Shown here piece by piece: positions 40,564 to 49,260 of a DNA stretch of 64,000 nucleotides (its first letter is position 1; every line of letters starts with the position of its first letter). The stretch is from the NCBI GenBank assembly GCA_963422395.1, contig OY729431.1, positions 2,048,001 through 2,112,000 on the forward strand. The letters are read 5' to 3'. The stretch is from Vicinamibacteria bacterium (GTDB taxonomy: Bacteria > Acidobacteriota > Vicinamibacteria > Marinacidobacterales > Marinacidobacteraceae). The notes under the pieces were generated by a model. The model was not told the DNA's origin. It worked only from the letters and a program-made list of their open reading frames with translations, and did no database searches. A program made the position numbers and the translations under genes.

Positions 40564-43021
40564 CGTGGTTCGCCTTCAGGCGTTTCAGGATCGTCCGGCG
40601 GATCTTGGCGATGTCGCGCTCCCCGAGCGTACGGTTGGGAGCCTGGTAGCGGACCGTGATGCCGAGCGACCGCTTCCCCGAGGCCGCAGCTCCCGGCGGT
40701 GTCTCGTCGAAGCGGTAGTCGTCGAAGACCCGCGCCTCGACGACCAGCGGATGGGAAAGCGCGTCGCGCACGAGATCCTGCGCCAGGACTTGCGGGCCGA
40801 CCAGAAAAGCGAAATCCTCTGCCGCCGCCGGATGGCGGGGCAAGGGAACCGCAGCCGTCGGGGCGGCGATCCCGGGGAGCGAAACCAGCCGGGAGAGATC
40901 CAGCTCCCACGAGAACACCTCGCGCTTCACCCCGAAGGCGGCCGCCGCCTCGGGATGGATCTGTCCGATGACCCCGACCGCGGTCTCGCCGATCGTGATC
41001 CGCGCGGTCCGGCCGACGACGAACCCCGCGAACTGCGCCGGCCGAAAGGACGCATCGAGGCCGAAGCCGGACAGCACTCGTTCCAGCGCGGCTTTGGCGT
41101 CGAAGAAATCGAGGCTCTCCCCGGTCGGGCTTCCGAAGCGATCTACCCGAGCGCCGACCACCAGCCCCGCCGCCCCTTCCGGTTCCTCGAAACCCTCGCC
41201 GTCCCTCGCCGCCGGGAAGTAGCACTTGCCCACCTCGAACAGGCGGACCGCGTGCTCCCTGCGGTCCAGGTTGCGGGCCGCGGCGCGGAGCAGGCCGGGG
41301 CGGAGCGAAGTGCGGAGGGTGTCGCGGGCCTCCCCGAGCGGATTTCGGACCCGCAGGGCGGGAACGGCCCCGGCGGCCTCTCCCGATCCGCTCGCCGCTC
41401 CGACGGCAGCTCCGACGGCAGCTCCGACAGCTGGCCCGATAGCTGCCAGGTCGGATGCGGAGACCAGCGAGTAGGTCTGGACCTCGAAGAGGCCCGCGTC
41501 TGCCGCCAAATCCCGGAGCCGCTCCCGCAGCTCGCGGGCCGGCACCGGCGGATGGCGCGGAATCGCACCGGCGAGCGGGGTCGCCGGCAGGTCGTCGTAT
41601 CCCGTGATCCGAGCCACCTCCTCCACGAGGTCATCGGCCACTCGGATGTCCCGCCGCCAATAGGGCACGCGCACCGTGAGGGTGTCCTCCGCTTCTTTCG
41701 CGACCTCGAACCCGAGGCCGCCGAGCGCGGAACGAACCGCTTCGGGCGGTGTCTCCATGCCGAGCACCTGCGCGATCCGGGAGCGGCGGAGGCGGATCTG
41801 CGGCGCGGGCTCGGGCGCCGGCCAGGCATCGAGGGTCCCGGCAGCCACCCGCCCACCAGCATGTTCCGCGAGCAGGCGGCACACCCGCGCCGAAGCGATC
41901 GGCGGCAGTTCCGGCGGCAGGCCCCAGGCGAAGCGGCGGGCGGCGTCGGACAGCAGATCGAAGGCGCGCGCAGTGCGGCGCACCCCGGCAGGGGCGAAGT
42001 TCGCGACCTCGAGCAGCACCTTCCGGGTCTTCGCGGTGATCTCGGTATCGAGCCCGCCCATCACCCCCGCGAGCGCGATGGGCCCCGAGGGGTCGGCGAT
42101 CACCAACCGCTCCGGGTCCAGGGCGCGGGACCTGCCGTCGAGAGTGGTGAGCGTCTCTCCGACGCGGGCGCGTCGGACGATGATGCGGTGGTCTTCGACC
42201 CCGTCGTAGTCGAAGGCGTGGACCGGCTGGCCGAGCTCCAGCATCACATAGTTCGTGATGTCCACCAGGTTGTTGATGCTGCGCATCCCCGCCGCACTCA
42301 ACCGCTCCTGCATCCACTGCGGTGCGGGCGCGACTTCGACATCCTCGATCAGGGCGAGGGTGAACCGCCGGCAGAGGTCCGGATCTTCGATTTCCAGCGA
42401 AGCGCGGCCCGCGATCTCCAGCGCGGAGCGCTCCACGCGGGTCTCGGGCAGGGTGAGCGGCGAACCGGTGAGGGCGGCGACCTCGCGCGCCACCCCGAGG
42501 ATCGAGAGCGCGTCGGCGCGGTTCGGGGTCAGGTCGAAGACGAACACCCGGTCACCCAGAACCTCCCGCAGCGGCGTCCCGGGAGGGCGCTCGGTGTCGA
42601 GCACCAGAATCCCGGCGTGCTCGTCCGAGAGGCCGAGCTCCGCCTCCGAACACACCATCCCGCCGGACTCCACTCCCCGGATCCGCGACTTTTTCAGGGC
42701 CCGGGGCTTCCCGCTCCGCGGATCGATCAGCACCGCCCCCTCGGAGGCGAACGCGATGTCCTGGCCCGGCGCGACATCGGGCGCACCGCAGACCACGGTC
42801 TGCCGCTCGCCCCCCCTGTCCACGGTTACGAGGACCAGCCGGTCGGCATCCGGGTGCGGGCGGACCTCGAGCACCCGGGCGACGACCACCCGCTCCCAAG
42901 TCCCGCCGACCTGCTCGATGTCGATGACTTCGAGACCGGCCAGCGTGAGCCGGCGGGCCAGCGCTTCGATGTCTTCCGGCAGCGGCGTCAGGCTGGCGAG
43001 CCAGCTCAGGGGGACGCGCAT
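40538..43021 (-). CDS. pheT: Phenylalanine-tRNA ligase beta subunit
   Basis: MRVPLSWL, HPDADRL, TPNRAD, DITNYVMLELGQP, DLVEEVAR, FDX-ACB C-terminus. Confidence 0.96.
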   Translation of the reverse strand: MRVPLSWLASLTPLPEDIEALARRLTLAGLEVIDIEQVGGTWERVVVARVLEVRPHPDADRLVLVTVDRGGERQTVVCGAPDVAPGQDIAFASEGAVLIDPRSGKPRALKKSRIRGVESGGMVCSEAELGLSDEHAGILVLDTERPPGTPLREVLGDRVFVFDLTPNRADALSILGVAREVAALTGSPLTLPETRVERSALEIAGRASLEIEDPDLCRRFTLALIEDVEVAPAPQWMQERLSAAGMRSINNLVDITNYVMLELGQPVHAFDYDGVEDHRIIVRRARVGETLTTLDGRSRALDPERLVIADPSGPIALAGVMGGLDTEITAKTRKVLLEVANFAPAGVRRTARAFDLLSDAARRFAWGLPPELPPIASARVCRLLAEHAGGRVAAGTLDAWPAPEPAPQIRLRRSRIAQVLGMETPPEAVRSALGGLGFEVAKEAEDTLTVRVPYWRRDIRVADDLVEEVARITGYDDLPATPLAGAIPRHPPVPARELRERLRDLAADAGLFEVQTYSLVSASDLAAIGPAVGAAVGAAVGAASGSGEAAGAVPALRVRNPLGEARDTLRTSLRPGLLRAAARNLDRREHAVRLFEVGKCYFPAARDGEGFEEPEGAAGLVVGARVDRFGSPTGESLDFFDAKAALERVLSGFGLDASFRPAQFAGFVVGRTARITIGETAVGVIGQIHPEAAAAFGVKREVFSWELDLSRLVSLPGIAAPTAAVPLPRHPAAAEDFAFLVGPQVLAQDLVRDALSHPLVVEARVFDDYRFDETPPGAAASGKRSLGITVRYQAPNRTLGERDIAKIRRTILKRLKANHGAVVRERG

Positions 43022-43049
43022 GGCCCGCTGCTCCTCCGAATCCGTCTGC

Positions 43050-44060
43050 TCAGAACTGGCGGAGAAAGCGAAGGTCGTTTTCGTAGAAGCGGCGAATGTC
43101 CCGAATGCCGTGCCGCAGCATCGCGATGCGCTCCACGCCGAGCCCTGCCGCGAAGCCGGTGTACTCCTCGGAGTCGTATCCCATGCGGGTGAGGATTTCC
43201 GGGTGCACCATGCCGGCGCCGAGGATCTCGATCCAACCGCCCGGACTGCTGATCGACACCTCCACTCCCGGCTCGACGAACGGGAAGTAGTCGCAGCGGA
43301 ACCGAATCTCCCGCTCCTCGCCGAAGAGGCGGCGGGCGAACTCGTAGAGCGTTCCCTTGAGGTGGGCGAGCGTGAGCCCCCGGTCCACCGCCAGCACCTC
43401 GGTCTGGGTGATCATCCATTCGTGCGTCGCGTCGGTCGCCTCGTTCCGGTAGGTCCGCCCGGGGGCGATGAGCCGGATCGGCGGCTCATGCCGCTCCAGG
43501 TAGCGGATCTGGTTCGGTGAGGTGTGGGTGCGCAGCAGGAGCGGCTGAGCTCGGGAGTCGACGGCGTCCAGGTAGAAGGTGTCCATCGCATCCCGCGCCG
43601 GGTGGTCCGCGGGAATCCGCAGCGCCTCGAAGTTGTAGTACTCGGTCTCGATCTCGGGGCCCTCGATCACATGGAAGCCCATGGAAGCGAACGCGGAGAC
43701 GATCGCCCGCTCGGTCCGGGTGATCGGATGGAGCCCCCCCCGGGGAAGCGGATACCCCGGCAGGCTGACATCGAGGGGAGCGAGGCCTTCGGTCCGCGCT
43801 GTTTCGAGGGCGGCCAGCTTCTGCTCGAGCGCTGCTTCGAACCGCGCCTTCGCCTCGTTCAGAAAACGACCGGCAGCGGCTCTCGCCGCGGGTTGGCGCG
43901 TTCCGAGGGAACGGAGCGCGCGAACCAGCGGCGATCTGCGCCCCAGGTTGGCAGTGCGCCAGGCATCGACGGCCCGCTCGTCGTCGAGGCGGTCGAGCGC
44001 CGCGATCGCGTCATCGACCTCATCGGGGGAAAGCAGGGATTCGGTAGGGGAAGCGGTCAC
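43050..44060 (-). CDS. pheS: Phenylalanine-tRNA ligase alpha subunit
   Basis: HPAR, LLRTHTS, YFPFVEP, WIEILGAGMVHP, GLGVER, DLRFLRQF; start approximate. Confidence 0.96.
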   Translation of the reverse strand: MTASPTESLLSPDEVDDAIAALDRLDDERAVDAWRTANLGRRSPLVRALRSLGTRQPAARAAAGRFLNEAKARFEAALEQKLAALETARTEGLAPLDVSLPGYPLPRGGLHPITRTERAIVSAFASMGFHVIEGPEIETEYYNFEALRIPADHPARDAMDTFYLDAVDSRAQPLLLRTHTSPNQIRYLERHEPPIRLIAPGRTYRNEATDATHEWMITQTEVLAVDRGLTLAHLKGTLYEFARRLFGEEREIRFRCDYFPFVEPGVEVSISSPGGWIEILGAGMVHPEILTRMGYDSEEYTGFAAGLGVERIAMLRHGIRDIRRFYENDLRFLRQF

Positions 44061-44220
44061 GAACGCACTCGACCCGTGCCGGCAGGGCACTCCCGATCCC
44101 ATCTCCTTCTCATCTCTTCACTAGATCTCATCCCTGGTCTCGACCGGAGTATCCGGGACCGGCGCCATGGTACTTCGGATCGGTGCGGCTCTACCGGATC
44201 CCGGGGAACGGTACCCGCCT

Positions 44221-44249
44221 TTGACAGAAGGGCCCTGCGACGGTAGAAT
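44221..44249 (+). promoter_or_regulatory. Sigma-70 promoter of tRNA-fMet
   Basis: TTGACA-17 nt-TAGAAT. Confidence 0.85.
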
Positions 44250-44274
44250 CCTGAGTTAGCTTCATAGTGATGGA

Positions 44275-44352
<78 letters not shown>

Positions 44353-44456
44353 GCGTCAGCACCGATCGACTTCGACCCGGTGCGGCACGCTCTTCCGATT
44401 TCTCGCTGCCGGAGGCGTTCGTCCGGGGTTGCCAGGTAGATACGTACCGTCGGAGT

Positions 44457-45506
44457 ATGGGCTCGCACCGCTTCATCCACCGGCTGTTGAGCTTCCACCT
44501 CCATCGCGCCGTCAACCGCTGGTCCCTCAGCGCGGTGTTGATCGGAGGGGCAGCGGTCCTCGGTACCGGAACCCTCGGCTTCATGTGGATCGAATCGTGG
44601 GGAGCGTTCGACTCGTTCTACATGACGGTCATCACCCTTTCCACCGTCGGCTTCGGCGAGGTGCGGCCGCTGTCGGAGGTCGGGCGCCTGTTCGCGGTGT
44701 TCCTGATCCTGGGCGGCGTCGCCACCGTGGGATTCGCGGTCAGCGCTCTCGGAGAGCGGATCGCCGAGGCGCCGAAGCGGCGCCTGGAAGCGAGGATTCG
44801 CCGGATGAAAGACCACACCATCGTGTGCGGATACGGGCGGATCGCCCGCCCGGTAGTCGCCGGTCTGAGCTCCCTCGACCGCCCCCTGTGCGTGATCGAG
44901 CGGTCTCGGGAAAAGGTCGAGGAAGCCACGCGGGCAGGAGCCTTCGTCCTCGAAGGCGACGCCACTGCCGAGGAAGTTCTGGAACGGGCCGGAGTCCGGC
45001 GTGCGGCGGTAGTGGCGGCGCTGCTCCCGAGCGACGGAGACAATCTTTCGATCGCGATGACCGCGACGGGTCTGCAACCCGGAATTCGGGTCATCGCCCG
45101 CTCGGAAGAAGAGCGCTCGCGGGCCAACCTGGAACGCGCCGGCGCCCGAGCCGAGGATGTGGTTTCGCCGTACCGGACGGCCGGAAGGGCAGTGCTGCGA
45201 AACCTGTGCAGTCCGGAGACCGCCCGTCTGTTCCGCAGCCTGGTCGAGACCACTCCCGGAGCCTTCGACACCGGAGAACTTTCGGTGACCGGGGACTCTG
45301 GGCTCGCGGGGCAGTCGCTGGCCGAGACCGCGATCGGCGCCGGGCGGAATGTGCTCGTGCTCGCAGTCCAACGCCGCGGCGGGGCCATGACGGCCGCCCC
45401 CCGCGGCAACTTGACGCTCCGGCCGGGAGATGTGCTGTACCTGTTCGGCCATCCCGACGACCTCCGCGCGGTCGGCGCCCACCGAGACACTTCCCAAACT
45501 GCGTAA
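44457..45506 (+). CDS. Potassium channel with TrkA-N/TrkA-C (RCK) domains
   Basis: TLSTVGFGE filter, HTIVCGYGR, GDAT, RCK-C end. Confidence 0.9.
   Translation: MGSHRFIHRLLSFHLHRAVNRWSLSAVLIGGAAVLGTGTLGFMWIESWGAFDSFYMTVITLSTVGFGEVRPLSEVGRLFAVFLILGGVATVGFAVSALGERIAEAPKRRLEARIRRMKDHTIVCGYGRIARPVVAGLSSLDRPLCVIERSREKVEEATRAGAFVLEGDATAEEVLERAGVRRAAVVAALLPSDGDNLSIAMTATGLQPGIRVIARSEEERSRANLERAGARAEDVVSPYRTAGRAVLRNLCSPETARLFRSLVETTPGAFDTGELSVTGDSGLAGQSLAETAIGAGRNVLVLAVQRRGGAMTAAPRGNLTLRPGDVLYLFGHPDDLRAVGAHRDTSQTA
44458..44490 (-). mobile_element. Degenerate MITE-like left end encoding the K+ channel N-terminus (GSHRFIHRLL)
   Basis: Reverse complement acagccggtggatgaagcggtgcgagccc aligns with gcagcctgtggataaagtggcgcgagccc at 62784. 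Confidence 0.55.
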
Positions 45507-45551
45507 CCGTCGAGGAGACAGCCGAGGCCGCCGCACTGTGTCCCCCGGCAG

Positions 45552-45623
45552 AGCCGGCGAGTGGATTCGAACCACCGACCTGCTGATTACGAATCAGCTG
45601 CTCTACCCCTGAGCTACACCGGC
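45552..45623 (-). tRNA. tRNA-Thr (CGT)
   Basis: gccggtg acceptor, gctga-TTCGTAA-tcagc anticodon arm, GGTTCGAATCC T-arm; CCA not encoded. Confidence 0.95.
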
Positions 45624-45732
45624 TACCCCTCGAATCGCCCCCCGGACCCGGACGTCCGGCGGCACCTCTCGATACCGAAGCGGCCCGAATGGTAACCGGC
45701 GAACGGCTCCCCCGGAGTCAGGTCAGGTCAGG

Positions 45733-46443
45733 TCAGGGGCGCAGCCCGAAGCGGAAGACCACTCCGAGGGTGAGCGAGGAAACGGTGGAGCCGTCAGGCG
45801 TGCCCTCGGTGAAATACAGCATCTCGTCCCCGCCGGGATACCGCGCGTAGCGGTAGTCGAAGGCCGCGGCGAGCGGCAATCGGGGGAAAGGCACCTTGAT
45901 CCCACCGCCGACGACGAAGGCGCCGGAGCGGAAGGGATCGGAGCCCTCCACTTCGGAAGATCTCCAGACATGACCGATCGTCCCGTAGGGAGTCATCGCG
46001 GCGAGCGGCAGCTGCGCCACCACCGCGACCGTCGTTTCCCGGCTTTCCTGGATCAACGGCTCCGCAAACACCGTCACTCCGCCTTCCTCATCGGCCACCG
46101 AGAGCTCGAACTCGGTCCTCGTGCGGGTGAAGCCGGCCTCGACCCCGAGATACCGGTTCAGGAAAAGGACGCCGCGGCCGCCGCGGTGTTCGCCGAACCC
46201 CACATCCTCCACTCTCGCCGAGACCGTCTGGAAGATGTTCCGGGAGAATCCGAGCGTCTGGTTTACGAGCTGGCTTCCGATCAGCGCCGAGACTTCGGCG
46301 CGGGCCCAGTCCCCGCCGGGGGAAAACACCGGGCCTGTCCTCCCGCCAGTTTGCCGCGCCGGCAGCGGCGCCGCTATCCCGGCGGCCGGGACCCAAAGGC
46401 CGCAGACGAAGAGCACGGCGGTACCCAGCCGCCCGCAGTTCAC
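45733..46443 (-). CDS. Putative outer-membrane beta-barrel protein
   Basis: Signal peptide, amphipathic strands, TPYGTIG, FDYRY, terminal GVVFRF. Confidence 0.65.
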   Translation of the reverse strand: MNCGRLGTAVLFVCGLWVPAAGIAAPLPARQTGGRTGPVFSPGGDWARAEVSALIGSQLVNQTLGFSRNIFQTVSARVEDVGFGEHRGGRGVLFLNRYLGVEAGFTRTRTEFELSVADEEGGVTVFAEPLIQESRETTVAVVAQLPLAAMTPYGTIGHVWRSSEVEGSDPFRSGAFVVGGGIKVPFPRLPLAAAFDYRYARYPGGDEMLYFTEGTPDGSTVSSLTLGVVFRFGLRP

Positions 46444-47462
46444 TGCCTGACCTCGATGACGACCTCGATGGCCCGGCCTGGAGAAACGACCACGAGACGG
46501 GGAAGGACCGTGACGGAGAAGTCGATATCCACCTGTTCCGCCTGGAAGAAATAGTGGTGCGCAGAATGCTCCTGCGGCAGCGGATTCACGCGCAACACAT
46601 ACCGGCCGCCCGGCAGGCCGCCTATCTCATAGACCCCGGCGCCGTCCGCCCAGGCGCCGACCAGGTGGTCCAGCGAGGGCTCGTAGGCGACCACATGTGC
46701 GAACCCGACCGGCTCGCCGTCCGCGCGCGTGACGGAGCCGAGGATCCGTCCCGTGTTCGCCGCCGGGCCCGGGTAGAGAACCGACGCTCCGGCGATGTCA
46801 TCGTCGGTCAGCGTCCGCCCGGTGTCCGAGCCGGATCCGAACGAGAAGGGCCACATGACTGCAGAACCGGGAAGAAGCGCCTCGTCGGTATCGCGCCCGA
46901 CATTCGAGTGGCCGAGTCCGAGGAAGTGGCCGCTCTCGTGGACCAACAGCGAGCGGTAGTCCCAGCCGCCCTGACCCGGCGAATCCGTCCAGTCGAATGC
47001 CTGATTCACGAGAATGTCCGATTCGAGGATCTCCCCCGTCTCGAAATCGGTCAGCCAGCTGGTGACCGCCAGCGTCGTCTGCGAAACGCCCAGGGCGGCC
47101 AGGTGTTCCGGCGTCGAGAAGCCCACCGTGTTCGTGATGTCGAAGAAGTTGTAGGGAGGCTGACGGGTCTTGCCCTGATACGAGAGCGAAAGACCGATCT
47201 CCGGCGGCGCCTGCCAGGTGTCGAACGCAGCTCTCGTCTCGGCGACGATCTGCTCGATGGTCATTCCCTCGGTGGATCGATCCGACACCCAGTAGCGGAT
47301 CGGACGCCCGTCGGATGGCCAGACGAACTCCGTCCCCCCCATCAGCTGATAGCCGAAAGCCGGCGCGGGCCCGCCGAAGGGCGTCGCCGAGGCGAAAACC
47401 ACCGCCGCGACCAACCACCGGGCGGCGGCCGCTTCGGGCCTGCTCCGTCCGTTCCGGTTCAT
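46440..47462 (-). CDS. Matrixin-family (M10) zinc metalloprotease with carboxypeptidase-regulatory-like C-domain
   Basis: HESGHFLGLGH, Met-turn AVMWP, LTDDDIAG..LYP. Confidence 0.88.
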   Translation of the reverse strand: MNRNGRSRPEAAAARWLVAAVVFASATPFGGPAPAFGYQLMGGTEFVWPSDGRPIRYWVSDRSTEGMTIEQIVAETRAAFDTWQAPPEIGLSLSYQGKTRQPPYNFFDITNTVGFSTPEHLAALGVSQTTLAVTSWLTDFETGEILESDILVNQAFDWTDSPGQGGWDYRSLLVHESGHFLGLGHSNVGRDTDEALLPGSAVMWPFSFGSGSDTGRTLTDDDIAGASVLYPGPAANTGRILGSVTRADGEPVGFAHVVAYEPSLDHLVGAWADGAGVYEIGGLPGGRYVLRVNPLPQEHSAHHYFFQAEQVDIDFSVTVLPRLVVVSPGRAIEVVIEVRQ

Positions 47463-48124
47463 CGGTCGAGGGCGGCGAGCGCTTCGCGCACGATCTGCTC
47501 GACTTGCGCGAGCGGGGCGCGTTCTCTGGGCCAGACCTGCCGTGCCGGCACCGAGGCCCCCCCCGGATCCTCCAGCGTCAACCCCGCCAGCGAGCGGTAG
47601 AGAAGGCGCTCTCCGGTCGTTTCGTCGCGCTCGAGGGTGAACTTTCCGGAGGAAAGCCCCAGCACCGATGGAATCCTTCCGGCCCCTCCCTCGGTGAACA
47701 CCAGCACCTCTTCCCCCACCCGGAACGACGGTGCGCCGGCCACCACGAGCCGGTAGCCTCCCGCTTCGCCACCGAGCACCCGGATCGTCAGCAACGAACT
47801 GCCCCGCCCACCCTTCAAGTAGTTCGCGACCGCGATCGTCACGAAGGTCTGGATGCTCGTGCGGCGGGCGTTCAGCTGGCTTTTCACCCCGACGACCTCT
47901 CCGCTGAAGATCTGGTCCGCCGTCAACGCCATCCGGTCGAGCGGCAAATAGAGAACCGTGGACGCCTCGAGCTTCTGCGGCAGCCCGGCGGCGAAGACCC
48001 CGACCAGCGCCCCGAAGATCATCGGGATGACGGGCGGGCGACGGAGCCGGTTTCGTCGGGCGGCACCCCTTCGGAGGAAGGCAGTCGCTAGCGGGCGCGG
48101 CGGGCCCGCAGCAGAGCAGAGCAA
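47459..48124 (-). CDS. Secreted hypothetical protein (matrixin-associated domain)
   Basis: Signal-like N-terminus; YLKG..LGGEAG..GAPSFRVGEEVLVF..GKF; ATGA-coupled to the matrixin; start may be 48022. Confidence 0.65.
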   Translation of the reverse strand: MLCSAAGPPRPLATAFLRRGAARRNRLRRPPVIPMIFGALVGVFAAGLPQKLEASTVLYLPLDRMALTADQIFSGEVVGVKSQLNARRTSIQTFVTIAVANYLKGGRGSSLLTIRVLGGEAGGYRLVVAGAPSFRVGEEVLVFTEGGAGRIPSVLGLSSGKFTLERDETTGERLLYRSLAGLTLEDPGGASVPARQVWPRERAPLAQVEQIVREALAALDR

Positions 48125-48252
48125 AGCCCGAAGAAATTAGCAGATGGCGGGACGGTCAGCGGCCAGGAGTCTGCGCCGCAGAAAAAGAACGACCACTATA
48201 TGTAGTAGGTCGATTCGTCGACTTTGCCCACCGGCGGCTAGCATGGAACGGA

Positions 48253-49260
48253 ATGGAGGGGACCGGCACCGTCGTCCGCACCGCGCGCAAGATCGTCGCC
48301 GTACGGATCCACCGGGACCGGCGCCGCGGCGAAGAACGGGTGGTGCTGTGCGCCGTCGGGGGGCGGCTCTTCGAGAGTCCCGAGAGCCGCCACACCGGCC
48401 GCAACGCGGTCGTGGCCGGAGATGAAGTCGCCGTGGAAGGGGTTCCCGAAGACGGCCCCGAACCGGCGCTCGGCCGGATCGCCCGAGTGCTTCCGCGCCG
48501 CAACGAACTGCGGCGGGGCGTCGGCCCGCAAGAGCGTCGGGCGACGCGCGTCTTCGCTGCCAACCTGGACCGCTTCCTCATCGTCTCCGCATTTCGGGAG
48601 CCGCCCTACCGGGCCGGCTTCCTCGACCGATCCCTCGTGGTCGCCTACGCCGCCGGTGTCCGGCCGGCGCTCGTCTTCAACAAGCGCGACCTGGCCGACG
48701 AGGCGGACGCCGAACGGCTCTACCGCGAACTCGCCAGCTACCGGAGCCTCGATCTCGACATCCACCTGATGAGCGCTCTTCGCGGAGACGGCATCGAGGA
48801 ATTCCGCTCATGGCTCGCCGGCGGCCGGTCGGTGCTCTTCGGTCATTCGGGGGTCGGCAAGACGGAACTCCTGGCCGCGTTGGGCGTTCCCGGTCGGCGC
48901 CGCGGCAGGCTCGACCGGCGGGGACGGGGACGCCACACGACGACCGGCGCCGAGGTGATCGCGCTGCCCGGCGGCGGCGAGATCGTGGACACTCCGGGAG
49001 TGCGCGCACTCGGCATCGACGGGCTGACCCCCGAGCAGGTGCGGGCCGCCCATCCCGATCTGTCGCGCCATGCCGATGGCTGCCGCTTCTCCGGCTGCTC
49101 CCACCGAACCGAGCCCGGCTGCGCGGTGAAAACGGCGGTCGCCGAGGGAAGGGAGAACGAATCCCGCTACCGAAGCCTCATCCGGCTCACGGCCGAAGCC
49201 GCAGGTCTTGCGGAGGAAACGGCGCCATGGGCAGGAGACCCTTCGGCCGCATCGGAATGA
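48253..49260 (+). CDS. rsgA: Ribosome small subunit-dependent GTPase A
   Basis: NKRD, GHSGVGKT, HTTT, DTPG, CRFSGCSH..EPGC. Confidence 0.95.
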   Translation: MEGTGTVVRTARKIVAVRIHRDRRRGEERVVLCAVGGRLFESPESRHTGRNAVVAGDEVAVEGVPEDGPEPALGRIARVLPRRNELRRGVGPQERRATRVFAANLDRFLIVSAFREPPYRAGFLDRSLVVAYAAGVRPALVFNKRDLADEADAERLYRELASYRSLDLDIHLMSALRGDGIEEFRSWLAGGRSVLFGHSGVGKTELLAALGVPGRRRGRLDRRGRGRHTTTGAEVIALPGGGEIVDTPGVRALGIDGLTPEQVRAAHPDLSRHADGCRFSGCSHRTEPGCAVKTAVAEGRENESRYRSLIRLTAEAAGLAEETAPWAGDPSAASE

